NCBI GenBank assembly: GCA_965222375.1
Contig: CBDCTZ010000016.1
Location: 3,136,001 to 3,200,000, forward strand
Source of the DNA: Polyangiaceae bacterium
GTDB taxonomy: Bacteria; Myxococcota_A; Polyangia; Polyangiales; Polyangiaceae
Reading direction: 5' to 3'
Length of the DNA stretch: 64,000 bases
Shown: one piece after another, positions 28,802-38,065 of the stretch
How the letters are laid out: each line of letters starts with the position of its first letter
Numbering within the stretch: the stretch's first letter is position 1
Made by a program: the position numbers and the translations under genes
Notes under the pieces: generated by a model
Told to the model about the DNA's origin: nothing
The model's database searches: none
The model's input: only the letters and a program-made list of their open reading frames with translations

Positions 28802-29312
28802 GGCGCACTCCCGCCGAAAGCAGTCCCCACATCAGCACGCTATCGCCGGGCAAGTCGCTCCCTAGCGGCATGGCCGAGAAAGACGGCTCGACAAAGATGC
28901 CGACTCGCTCCCCAAAGGGGATGATGAAGTGGCCTCCGAAGGTGCCCCCGAACAGCGTTTCTGGCGCGATCGTTCCGATCACCCCGGCATAGACGCCCAC
29001 TGTGGGATGGATCCACCGGGCGTAGCGTGCTTCCCCACCAACGCTGCCGCGCTTTTCGATCTCGGCAAAGGCCCGAAAGGCAGTGCCGTCGCTTTCGTTT
29101 TCGTCCGTGCGAAGTTGGAGCCCCGCGACGATGCGGGTTCGAGCTCGTTGCCACTCGAGACTTCCGCTTCCTGGGTCCGCACCTTCCACCCCGGTGGCAA
29201 GCCCCGCCTCTCCGTCAATCAGCCAACCCTCACCGGCCCAGGCTGACGTGGCCCAGAGCAAAGACAGCGCGGCGGCCGACGCCTTGGGGAGCCAATTCGA
29301 ACAGGAGCGCAT
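28791..29312 (-). CDS. Hypothetical secreted protein, possibly a small beta-barrel
   Basis: Signal peptide (ATSAWA), alternating amphipathic beta patterns, ends GVRLGL. Confidence 0.65.
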   Translation of the reverse strand: MRSCSNWLPKASAAALSLLWATSAWAGEGWLIDGEAGLATGVEGADPGSGSLEWQRARTRIVAGLQLRTDENESDGTAFRAFAEIEKRGSVGGEARYARWIHPTVGVYAGVIGTIAPETLFGGTFGGHFIIPFGERVGIFVEPSFSAMPLGSDLPGDSVLMWGLLSAGVRLGL

Positions 29313-29370
29313 CGCATCGACACAGAGAGCAAGCTTCGAGCCAGATCGGTTCGATGACGCGCTCGTAACC

Positions 29371-30489
29371 TCACGCTGCTTTCGGCGCGATGCGCTTACG
29401 CTTGAGCATCTCGACCAGCGTGGTGCGGTTGAGGCCAAGCAGCTCAGCCGCCTGCTTCTTATTCCAATTGGTTCGCTCGAGGGCCTGGCGGATCAGGTGG
29501 TTTTCGAAGGATTCCACCGTGTTGCGCAGGTCGAGCCCGGTGTCCGGTAGGCGCGGGGACACGCGGCGCTCTTGGCCCAGTCCGCAAACCCGCGAGGGCA
29601 AGTCCCGCGGCATGATCGTGTCGCTGTTGCAGAGCAGGACGGCACGTTCGATGGTGTTCTCGAGCTCGCGAACGTTGCCGGGCCAGGGGTACTCCGCGAG
29701 GAGTTGCGCGGCGGAACGGTTGATCTGCGAGACGCTGCGTCCAGTTTTTTCGTTCGCGCGCTTGAGAAAGTGGTGGACCAGTAGCGGAATGTCCTCCTGC
29801 CGCTCCCGCATTGGGGGCACGTGCAAGTGAATGACGTTGAGTCGGTAGTACAAGTCCTCGCGAAATCGACCGTCTCGGACAGCTTCTTCGAGGTTGATGT
29901 TGGTTGCCGCGACGATGCGCACATCCGCGTTCATGGTGCGAGTGTCGCCCACCGGCGAGAACTCACGGCTTTGCAGGACCCGGAGCAGCTTGACCTGCAG
30001 CGACAGAGGCAGCTCCCCAATCTCGTCCAAGAAGAGCGTGCCACCCTGGGCTTGTGCTATCCGACCGACCTTGTTCGCGTGGGCGCCGGTGAAGGCGCCA
30101 CGGGCGTGGCCGAAGAGTTCACTCTCGAGCAATGCTTCCGGGATGGCGCCACAGTTCACGGCGACGAAGGGCTTGTCCACTCGCGGGCTGGCATTGTGCA
30201 CGGCGCGGGCGACGAGCTCTTTTCCGGTTCCGCTATCCCCGGTGACCAAGATCGTGCAGGTCGTATCCGCGACCCGGTCGACCACTCGGTACACGTCGAC
30301 GAGGGATTCGGCGCTACCGATCACTCCGGACATGCTCTTGGGGTGAGCGGGAAGATCGAGGTCATCCTCGACCACCGGCGTCTGCGCTAGTTTCCGCGTG
30401 CAGGATGCCGGGTAGACCCCGGAGTCGAATTCTTCGAAGTTGTGTTGGCCCCCCAAGTTCTCGTCTTGCATCCGCGCCGCTTCGAGCAT
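29371..30489 (-). CDS. FleQ/FlrA-like sigma54 enhancer-binding protein without a REC domain
   Basis: GDSGTGKE, ESELFGH, GAFTGA, WPGNVRELEN, HTH NRTTLVEML; SD AGGAGG before ATG 30489. Confidence 0.92.
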   Translation of the reverse strand: MLEAARMQDENLGGQHNFEEFDSGVYPASCTRKLAQTPVVEDDLDLPAHPKSMSGVIGSAESLVDVYRVVDRVADTTCTILVTGDSGTGKELVARAVHNASPRVDKPFVAVNCGAIPEALLESELFGHARGAFTGAHANKVGRIAQAQGGTLFLDEIGELPLSLQVKLLRVLQSREFSPVGDTRTMNADVRIVAATNINLEEAVRDGRFREDLYYRLNVIHLHVPPMRERQEDIPLLVHHFLKRANEKTGRSVSQINRSAAQLLAEYPWPGNVRELENTIERAVLLCNSDTIMPRDLPSRVCGLGQERRVSPRLPDTGLDLRNTVESFENHLIRQALERTNWNKKQAAELLGLNRTTLVEMLKRKRIAPKAA

Positions 30490-30558
30490 TTTGAGCCTCC
30501 TTAAGTTCCCGTGAATGTCGGTAGCGGGAGTGCACCAAAGCAATGCGCGGTCCATCAT

Positions 30559-30992
30559 GTCGAAAGGCTGACGATCACCGGGAAATACGTTGGCGCGTCA
30601 GGCCGCTGACTGGGTCGCCGAGGTCAGGAATGACCCACCCTTCGCCTGTGGATAAGTCTTGGATCCCCCGGCTTTTCCACAGTTTGTTCACGGCGTCCAA
30701 AGGGGGGTCACAATTGACCCAGGGTGGGTCAGCGGCGCGTGCGATTGTGCTCCATGTGACCCAACGGTCGTGGCCGACAAACCTTGAGCGCGTCTGGAGC
30801 ACTCGACCTCCCGCGCGGCTGACCTCGGTGGGTAGCGATCAGGAGATGAGTTGGGTTTGGGGTCGAGCACAGCTGCACGTTGGGCCACTGCTCCCGAGCT
30901 AGGCCACGGCTGACGCCGGCGTACTTCCGCGTCCCCGGACGCGCGGCTCGGGGGAGCGACAGATCCGCCCAAGGCGGCGTCAGGGGGTTGCC
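30559..30992. promoter_or_regulatory. Divergent control region with palindromic GTCA...TGAC boxes and DnaA-like boxes
   Basis: GTCG-N6-TGAC 30559, GTCA-N6-TGAC 30597, GGTCA-N4-TGACC 30622 and 30706, GTCA-N6-TGCC 30979; TGTGGATAA 30647; TTTTCCACA 30673. Confidence 0.55.
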
Positions 30993-31069
30993 GCGACGGC
31001 GGGGTGGCACGACCCCATGCGAGAGTAGCGACCCAGCGCCGCCCTAGTGCCGCGACCCAAACCCAAAGC

Positions 31070-31085
31070 TGGCATGGCGTGTGCT
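31070..31085 (+). promoter_or_regulatory. sigma54 promoter of the flgB operon
   Basis: TGGCAT-GGCGT-GTGCT. Confidence 0.7.
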
Positions 31086-31098
31086 CGTTGCTTGCGGC

Positions 31099-31494
31099 GT
31101 GAGTGATCTGTTTGCGTCGATAGCCCCATTGAATGTCGCGATGGACTACCACCTCGAGCGGCACAACGTGCTCGCGTCGAACATCGCGCACGTGGATACA
31201 CCGGGGTATCGCCCTAAGGACATGGCACGGGTCGAGGGCTTCGACGCTGTGTTTGGCGTTGCCTTGCGGCGCACCAGTGAGCGTCACTTGCTTGGCGGCG
31301 CCGTCGGCACGCCGACGTTCGGCCGGGTTTTCGACGACCCGACAGCAGGAGCCGGCAACGATGGCAACTACGTCTCCATCGACCGCGAAGCTTCCAAGAT
31401 TGCCGCAAACCACCTGCGCTACGACGTCACTAGCGCGATTGTGCGGGCTGAACTGCGTCAACTTCGTTTTGCCGCCAATGAGGGCCGCGGATGA
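31099..31494 (+). CDS. flgB: Proximal rod protein FlgB
   Basis: RHNVLASNIAHVDTPGYRPKD, DGNYVSIDRE. Confidence 0.94.
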   Translation: MSDLFASIAPLNVAMDYHLERHNVLASNIAHVDTPGYRPKDMARVEGFDAVFGVALRRTSERHLLGGAVGTPTFGRVFDDPTAGAGNDGNYVSIDREASKIAANHLRYDVTSAIVRAELRQLRFAANEGRG

Positions 31495-31518
31495 CCTCTG
31501 AGCTGAAAGGATCCTGAA

Positions 31519-31953
31519 ATGCTGGGCGTTTTTAGTGCAATGGAAGTCGCCGCCTCTGGGCTCTCGGCCCAGCGGATCCGGATGAACACGATCGCGGGGA
31601 ATCTGGCGAACGCTCGGACGACTCAGACCGCCGAAGGCGGTCCTTACCGCCGTATTGATCCCCTGTTCGAGGCGGTTGGGCTGGATCGCAGCCGCGGCGC
31701 TTTCGCTCAGAGCCGCGGGGTGTCCAAGGTCCAAGTCACGCGTTTGGTGGCGGATGAGCGACCCGGCCAGATGATGTTCGAGCCCGGGCATCCCGATGCA
31801 AATGCCGACGGATACGTAGAGTATCCCAACGTCAACGCCGTCGAGGAGATGGTCAACATGATCACGGCTTCCCGTGCTTATGAGGCGGGAGTGACCTCCA
31901 TCGACACTATCAAGCAGATGGCCCGGTCAGCGGTCGAAATCGGTAAGGGCTGA
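31519..31953 (+). CDS. flgC: Proximal rod protein FlgC
   Basis: ASGLSAQRIRMN, PGHPDANADGYVEYPNVN, ASRAYEA. Confidence 0.96.
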   Translation: MLGVFSAMEVAASGLSAQRIRMNTIAGNLANARTTQTAEGGPYRRIDPLFEAVGLDRSRGAFAQSRGVSKVQVTRLVADERPGQMMFEPGHPDANADGYVEYPNVNAVEEMVNMITASRAYEAGVTSIDTIKQMARSAVEIGKG

Positions 31954-31955
31954 TC

Positions 31956-32258
31956 GTGATTGTCGTTGACGGCCCGACGATCCCTCTGCGGATCCCTGAG
32001 CAATCTCCGACGCCGGAACTAGCTCCGGCGCCTGATACCGGCGGATTTGGCGAGGTCCTCGAGGGCATGGTGGTTGGTGCAAACAACCAAATTCGGGCCG
32101 CGGAATCCGCCGCGGAGGCATTCGCGGCCGGCCAGCGAGACGACATTCACGGGACCATGCTTGCCCTCAGCAAGGCTGACATCGAACTGCGCGTCGTTGG
32201 AACCATGAGGAACAAGATCGTGGACGCATTCTATGAACTTTGGCGCATGCAAGTCTGA
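31956..32258 (+). CDS. fliE: Hook-basal body protein FliE
   Basis: DIHGTMLA...RNKIVDAFYELWRMQV. Confidence 0.93.
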   Translation: MIVVDGPTIPLRIPEQSPTPELAPAPDTGGFGEVLEGMVVGANNQIRAAESAAEAFAAGQRDDIHGTMLALSKADIELRVVGTMRNKIVDAFYELWRMQV

Positions 32259-32268
32259 TTGAGGAACC

Positions 32269-33942
32269 ATGCCATCCAAGGTGCAGACCGTTATCGAGCA
32301 GCTGAAGACGTTTTGGGCGGGGCTTTCGACCCCCAAGCGTTTGGCGTTGGTGACGCTGACCGTGGGCGCCCTGGTCGCCGTTCTGGCCATCACAACCTTC
32401 GGCAGCCGGCCAAATATGGCGTACCTGTACACCGAGCTATCGACGGAAGATGCCGCCTCGATCGTGCAGAAGCTCGACAGCTTGAAGGTGGAGCACGAGC
32501 TCGAGAGCGACGGAACCGCGATCAAGGTTCCAGAGGACCGCGTACACGCGCTGCGCCTGGAACTGGCCGCCGCGGGTCTGCCCCGAGGGGCGGGAGTTGG
32601 CTTCGAGCTATTCGACAAGTCGCAGATCGGTGCGACCGAGTTCGAGCAGAACGTGAATCTGCGCCGGGCCCTAGAAGGCGAGTTGTCGCGCTCCATCGCT
32701 ACGGTGGACGGTGTGCAGCGTGCGCGCGTGCATCTGGTCATGCCGGAGCGCCGGCTGTTCTCTGCCCGAGGCGATGCGGCCAGCGCGTCGGTCGTGCTCA
32801 AACTGCGCAATTCCGGGGCATTTGGTAAGCGCGAGGTTGCGGCCGTCGTGCACTTGGTCTCGGCGGCGGTTCCCGGGCTGGGGCGGGACAGGGTCTCCGT
32901 CGTCAGCACTGAGGGCTTGACGCTACACCGTCCGGTTTCTGACACCGGTACGGGCGTTGGCGACTTGGCGGACGCTCATACGGAGAACGCTAGGAGCGTG
33001 GCAGCGCAGCTGGAAGCCCACGTTCGAGAACAACTGGAGCGGGTGGTGGGGCCTGGAAACGCCGACGTCCGGACCAGCGTATCCTTGGATCCGCGCTCCA
33101 AGGAGCGCACTGAAGAGCACTACGAGCCCAGCAAGACTGCGCTGCGCAGCGAACACAAAGTAGAGGAGGGTGCAGGTGACCAGGAGGGCGGCGTCGCAGG
33201 GGTGCCCGGGGCGCGCGCCAACTTGCCCGATGCGATACCCGAGGGAGAAACGGCGCCTCCCGAGGAAGCCCTGGCTGGGCCCGCGGCGGGTGGCCCCGGT
33301 GGCGGTCGGCGCAGCCATACACGCAACTGGGAGGTGGACAAGGTCACCGAGAAGACCCTGACTCCCCCCGGCGGAATCGAGCGTCTATCTGTCGCGGTTC
33401 TGCTCAATGGCCGCTACGAGAACAAGGATGGCGCCCAGGTCTACGTGGGTCGCAGCAAGGAGGAGCTCGCGAAGCTCGAGCAAATCGTAAAGAACGCGGT
33501 CGGATTCTCTGCAGCCCGAGGGGACAGCGTCGAGCTGCAGACCCTGGAGTTTGCCCGCCTCGGTGGCGAGGAGCCTACACCCCTGCCGCCGGCACCTTGG
33601 TGGCAGAAGCACTGGAAGATCTTGGCGGCTGCTGCCGGCGCTGCGATGTTGCTGCTGGTGACCATCATCTTGGTTTGGCGACGCAAGCGAGCCAAGAAGA
33701 AGGCTGCCGCGGCGGCCAAGACCAAAGCGCTAGCGCAGAAAGGTGAGCTTCCTGTCGCGGCCTTGGGTCCTGGTGCGGAGCCCAGCGCCGAATTGGAGGC
33801 CGTGGAAGAGCCCGAACTGGACGGCGAAGAACTCAAATCCCGTGCGCTGGAGTTGGCAGCGCATGATCCCGCAACGGCCGCCGTTGTTCTTCGGCGCTGG
33901 CTGAACGCCCCGAACCCGGCCGGAACGCCGGCACGTTCTTAG
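32269..33942 (+). CDS. fliF: MS-ring protein FliF
   Basis: GFELFD, RALEGELSRSI, ARVHLVMP, two TM segments, C-terminal AAVVLRRWL. Confidence 0.96.
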   Translation: MPSKVQTVIEQLKTFWAGLSTPKRLALVTLTVGALVAVLAITTFGSRPNMAYLYTELSTEDAASIVQKLDSLKVEHELESDGTAIKVPEDRVHALRLELAAAGLPRGAGVGFELFDKSQIGATEFEQNVNLRRALEGELSRSIATVDGVQRARVHLVMPERRLFSARGDAASASVVLKLRNSGAFGKREVAAVVHLVSAAVPGLGRDRVSVVSTEGLTLHRPVSDTGTGVGDLADAHTENARSVAAQLEAHVREQLERVVGPGNADVRTSVSLDPRSKERTEEHYEPSKTALRSEHKVEEGAGDQEGGVAGVPGARANLPDAIPEGETAPPEEALAGPAAGGPGGGRRSHTRNWEVDKVTEKTLTPPGGIERLSVAVLLNGRYENKDGAQVYVGRSKEELAKLEQIVKNAVGFSAARGDSVELQTLEFARLGGEEPTPLPPAPWWQKHWKILAAAAGAAMLLLVTIILVWRRKRAKKKAAAAAKTKALAQKGELPVAALGPGAEPSAELEAVEEPELDGEELKSRALELAAHDPATAAVVLRRWLNAPNPAGTPARS

Positions 33943-33949
33943 CATCCAA

Positions 33950-34942
33950 ATGACTCCATCAATGGAGCTCACGGGTGCAGAGAAGGCGGTGCTGATGCTC
34001 TTGTCGCTGGACGAGACGGCCGCGACGCCCATTCTGGCGGAGCTTGATCCGGCCGACGTGCGCCGGTTGCGGGAAGTGGCGTCCATGATGCGCTCCGTGC
34101 CCGTCGTCGCCTTGGACCACGTGTACAAGGAGTTCATCGATACGGCGCAAGAAGCGGTCGCCGTGCCCCGCGGCGGCGTGCGCTACTTGCGTCGTATCGC
34201 CACGAAGGCCTTGGGTGAAGCAAAAACCCAGGAAATTTTCGTGGACGCGCCCCAAAGCGCCATGGAGCGGCTGTCCACCTCGACCCCCCAGGGCATCGCG
34301 GCTGTGCTCGAGGGTGAGCACCCGCAGATCGCGGCGGCAATCCTGTCCCAACTCGACACAGAAAAGGCCGCGGCCGTTCTGGAACAGATGCCCGAGGCGA
34401 CCCGGCCCGTCGTCTTGGAGCGACTCGGTAACATGCGCGACGTTCCAGCAGGTCTGCTGGAAGAAGTGGCGGAAGCACTGGGCGCCGAGCTGCCACCCAC
34501 TATGGCGGAAGCCAGCGTTTCCGTGAACGGTGTAGCCCAATCTGCAGCGTTGGTCCGGCGCATGGGTCGGGAGACCGGCGAGCTACTGCTGACGGTGTTA
34601 CAGGAAGACAACGAGGACTTGGCCGGGGAAATCCGCCGCGCCATGTACTCCTTCGAGGATCTCAGCGTACTCGATGCCCGGGGGATCCGCTCGGTACTCG
34701 AGGCCGTGCCCTCGGAGCGGCTCACGGTTGCCCTCAAGACGGCCAGCGACAGTCTGCGCGAGCACATCTTCAGCGGCATGAGCAAGCGGGCCGGAGATCG
34801 CATCCGCGAAGACATGGAAATCCTGGGCAGCGTCAAACTATCCGATGTCGAAGCCGCCCAAATGGAGATTGTCGAGGTGGCGCTCCGGCTGGAGTCGGAG
34901 GGCGTGATCTCGCTGGAAGGGAACGAGGGCGGTGTCGTCTGA
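33950..34942 (+). CDS. fliG: Motor switch protein FliG
   Basis: LTGAEKA, EHPQ, MYSFEDL, MSKRAGDRIREDM torque helix. Confidence 0.95.
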   Translation: MTPSMELTGAEKAVLMLLSLDETAATPILAELDPADVRRLREVASMMRSVPVVALDHVYKEFIDTAQEAVAVPRGGVRYLRRIATKALGEAKTQEIFVDAPQSAMERLSTSTPQGIAAVLEGEHPQIAAAILSQLDTEKAAAVLEQMPEATRPVVLERLGNMRDVPAGLLEEVAEALGAELPPTMAEASVSVNGVAQSAALVRRMGRETGELLLTVLQEDNEDLAGEIRRAMYSFEDLSVLDARGIRSVLEAVPSERLTVALKTASDSLREHIFSGMSKRAGDRIREDMEILGSVKLSDVEAAQMEIVEVALRLESEGVISLEGNEGGVV

Positions 34943-35687
34943 GAGCACACCTGTCGCGCGTTTCGCCGATGTTACGCCGAGCAATCGCCGCTGTCCGTCG
35001 TGGATCGCGAAGCAGCACAGTACCGCGGAGGTGCTCGCTCCCAAGGCAGCGCGGTTGCCGCGAGAGTTTGTCGCGGCATTCCAGCAGGAAATCCAATCGG
35101 CATCGGAGGTTCCACCGCCGTCCATGCCTCCACCACCGCCTCCGCTGGCGCCGCCGGAAGAAAAGGAGCCCCCGGAGGTCGAAACGGTTGCCTTGCGCGA
35201 GACAGTCGCGAGCATCTTGCCGCCGGCTCCTGCGCCAGAGGAGGAAGCGGAGCCGGAACAGGATCCTCGACTGGTCGAGGCGCTCATGGGGGCCATCGAG
35301 CAGGTGATGCAGTCTCGCGCCGAGGTGTTGGCGCAAACCGCCAGCCAATTGGCGGAACTTGCGGTGATGATCGCCCGCCGAGTCATCGCCCGTGAGCTGT
35401 CGATTGGTGCAGAAGTCGTGCACAGCCTGGTCGCAGAGGGGTTGGACGCCCTCGGCAACCATGACCGGGTGCTCGTGCGCTTGGGAGGCGGGTTTTCCGA
35501 GCTTCGAGACGACGTTCAGTCACGCCTGCTCAGAAATGGCGCATCCTGTGAGGTCCGTGTGGACACGAGCCTCGCCAAGTGGGGATGCGTTGTGGAGACG
35601 GAGCTCGGCCGCGTCGACGAGTCGGTGGAATCCCGGTTGGCAACGTTGTTGCAGGCATTGAAGCCGGACTCGAACCCACCCACCTGA
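34932..35687 (+). CDS. fliH: Export protein FliH
   Basis: IARRVIAREL, GCVVETELGRVDESVESRL; between fliG and fliI. Confidence 0.85.
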   Translation: MSSESTPVARFADVTPSNRRCPSWIAKQHSTAEVLAPKAARLPREFVAAFQQEIQSASEVPPPSMPPPPPPLAPPEEKEPPEVETVALRETVASILPPAPAPEEEAEPEQDPRLVEALMGAIEQVMQSRAEVLAQTASQLAELAVMIARRVIARELSIGAEVVHSLVAEGLDALGNHDRVLVRLGGGFSELRDDVQSRLLRNGASCEVRVDTSLAKWGCVVETELGRVDESVESRLATLLQALKPDSNPPT

Positions 35688-35702
35688 GGGTTCGACCGAG
35701 CC

Positions 35703-37022
35703 ATGCTAGAGCGACTAATCGAGCGCGCCACCACCGCCCCGGTGCACCGCCCCCACGGCGTCGTGCTGGATGTGGTCGGACTGATCGTCGAAGTGGGCGG
35801 ATTGCGCGCAGCGGTGGGCGACACCCTGGTGGTTCAGGCCGAGGGAGGCCAGCTCGAGCTCGAGGTGGTCGGCTTCAAATCCGGGCGGCTGCTGACGACT
35901 CCCCTGGGGTCGCTCTCGGGTATCCGCCCCGGGGCCAGGGTGAGCCGAACCAACCGCGGTGCCACGGTTCCGGTTGCCCCAGCCCTGCTCGGACGTGTCG
36001 TCGACGCTTTCGGGCGGCCGCTGGATGGGCTGCCGGCCGTGGAGACCGAGCGGGTCTACCCTGTGCACGCCGCGCCCCCACCGCCCTTCGCACGCAAGCC
36101 CATCGCGGATCCCTTCGCCACGGGCATCAGAGCGATTGACGGGCTCCTGCCCTTGGGAGTCGGGCAGCGCATGGGCATCTTCGCTGGCGCTGGCGTCGGC
36201 AAGAGCACCCTTCTGGGCATGATCTGCCGATCTTCTCAGGCGGATGTGAACGTCGTTGCTCTGGTTGGTGAGCGTGGCCGTGAGCTGAACGACTTCATTC
36301 GCAATGCACTCGGCGCGGAGGGCTTGGCCCGGTCCGTCGTCGTGGCCGCGACGAGCGATCAGCCCCCGCTGGTGAGAGCGCGAGGCGCGGAAGCGGCTAC
36401 CGCACTCGCTGAATACTTCCGCAACCAGGGCAAGAGCGTGCTGCTCGTCATGGATTCGGTCACCCGATACGCCATGGCGCTGCGAGAAGCGGCGCTCGCG
36501 GCCGGGGAGCCGCCCGCAACCAAGGGCTACCCCCCCAGCGTGTTCGCGGCGCTTCCGCGACTCTTGGAGCGAGCGGGTACAGGCTCTGGCCCCGGCGTCA
36601 TCACGGCCTTGTACACCGTGCTGGTCGAGGGTGATGACCTGTCCGATCCCGTTGCGGACGCCGTGCGATCCATCCTCGACGGCCACATCGTCCTGTCGCG
36701 AGAATTGGCGGAGCGCGGGCATTTCCCCGCGATCGACGTGCTTTCCAGCGTGTCTCGCCTGGCACCAGACATCGCCGACGCCGGCGACCTGCGGATGGCG
36801 AGTTGGGTGCGGGATCTGATGGGCGCTCACCGAGAGGTAGCCGATCTGATTCAGGTCGGGGCGTACGTCGCGGGCAGCGATCCCCGGGTCGAAACCGCAC
36901 TGGCTGCGATGCCACAGATCGAGTCGTTCTTGCGTCAGGACGTTCGGGACGCCACTCCAGCGGATGAAAGCCGTGCGCGCTTGGCAGCGCTGACCCGAGC
37001 CATCGAGCGGAGGGGTGGATGA
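35703..37022 (+). CDS. fliI: Flagellar export ATPase FliI
   Basis: GQRMGIFAGAGVGKSTL, GERGRE, MDSVTRYA, GEPPATKGYPPS. Confidence 0.96.
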   Translation: MLERLIERATTAPVHRPHGVVLDVVGLIVEVGGLRAAVGDTLVVQAEGGQLELEVVGFKSGRLLTTPLGSLSGIRPGARVSRTNRGATVPVAPALLGRVVDAFGRPLDGLPAVETERVYPVHAAPPPPFARKPIADPFATGIRAIDGLLPLGVGQRMGIFAGAGVGKSTLLGMICRSSQADVNVVALVGERGRELNDFIRNALGAEGLARSVVVAATSDQPPLVRARGAEAATALAEYFRNQGKSVLLVMDSVTRYAMALREAALAAGEPPATKGYPPSVFAALPRLLERAGTGSGPGVITALYTVLVEGDDLSDPVADAVRSILDGHIVLSRELAERGHFPAIDVLSSVSRLAPDIADAGDLRMASWVRDLMGAHREVADLIQVGAYVAGSDPRVETALAAMPQIESFLRQDVRDATPADESRARLAALTRAIERRGG

Positions 37023-37465
37023 GCGGTCGCTTGGGGCGCCTCAAGAAGCTGCTCGACCTCCGGCAGAAGCAATTGGACGAGTGTGTCGGCGAACTCAAGC
37101 GGTCCCAAGAGCGTGAACTCCACGCTCGAGCGCGAGTGGACGACGAGCAGCAAGAGCTGAACACTGCGCTGACGCGTCGCGCAAATCTGACGACTCAGGC
37201 GGCGAACAACGATTGCTGGGAAAGCGAAAACGACTGGCTCGAACTGCGTGGCATGTACCACCAGGCGGCCGCGGCGGCTCTGGGCAAGGCTGCGCTGGCC
37301 CGTGAGCGCGCTCATGCAGAGGTCATGACCGCTCGCGCACAGCTCAAGAAGATCGAAATCCTCCACGAGCGTTTGCGCCGCGAGCAAAGGCGAGATCAGG
37401 AGCGCCAGGATCGGCGGCTCCATGACGAACTCGCGCAGAAAGCGGCAAGCCGAGGCCCCCGATGA
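37019..37465 (+). CDS. fliJ: Export protein FliJ
   Basis: 148-aa coiled coil overlapping the fliI stop. Confidence 0.75.
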   Translation: MSGRLGRLKKLLDLRQKQLDECVGELKRSQERELHARARVDDEQQELNTALTRRANLTTQAANNDCWESENDWLELRGMYHQAAAAALGKAALARERAHAEVMTARAQLKKIEILHERLRREQRRDQERQDRRLHDELAQKAASRGPR

Positions 37466-38061
37466 GCATCGAGCACCCCTTACCTCCACCCACCCAAGGG
37501 GACATGACCGCCCATGAACTCACCGATCTGCGTCGCCGAGAGCGCGAAGCCGAGCGCTGGGCGCAGGCCTTGGGTGCGTCTTTGGCGTCCGCGGTAGAGC
37601 CGCCCCGGCCGAAACTCGGCCAATCCGCTGCAACGCCGACGGGTTGGCAGGGGAGCGACGGTTCCATGACGCAGTCCAAGGACGTGACGAAAATCGTGTC
37701 GGGCAGGGACAGCGAGAACGAAAACCCCCTCGATCGAATTCGGCTGGATGTTCGAACCGGGGAGTTGGGCGAAGTGGCACTCGTCGTCGACCGCTCGAAA
37801 GCCGGAGTTCGCGTGTTTATCGGCCTGGAACAGGACAAAGCGAAGTCTCTCGTCGAGCCTGAGCGGGCTCTGCTGGAGCAAGCCCTGCGGGCGTCCGGAC
37901 TCAGCGTTCGTTCAGTTGAGGTCGTGCGTTCCAACACACTCGGCACCGTCCTTGCAGAACGGCGAGAGAGGCAGAGGTTTTCCGATGCAAGCGAAACACC
38001 CCAACGACACGATGAGACACGAAAGCGGCGCGACGCGCGGCGCTTGAACTTGATTGGGTAA
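37462..38061 (+). CDS. fliK: Short FliK-like hook-length control protein
   Basis: C-terminal IRLDVRTGELGEVALVV...LEQALRASGLSVRSVEV resembles the FliK C domain; between fliJ and flgD. Confidence 0.65.
   Translation: MSIEHPLPPPTQGDMTAHELTDLRRREREAERWAQALGASLASAVEPPRPKLGQSAATPTGWQGSDGSMTQSKDVTKIVSGRDSENENPLDRIRLDVRTGELGEVALVVDRSKAGVRVFIGLEQDKAKSLVEPERALLEQALRASGLSVRSVEVVRSNTLGTVLAERRERQRFSDASETPQRHDETRKRRDARRLNLIG
37941..37956 (+). promoter_or_regulatory. Internal sigma54-like promoter of flgDE
   Basis: CGGCAC-CGTCC-TTGCA. Confidence 0.6.
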
Positions 38062-38065
38062 CGAC

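Noticed and set aside
30647..30692. Replication origin
   Set aside because: Only two good DnaA boxes, no AT-rich unwinding element, and no dnaA/dnaN nearby
31005..31020. Second sigma54 promoter upstream of flgB (TGGCACGACCCCATGC)
   Set aside because: GG to GC spacing is 11 rather than the required 10
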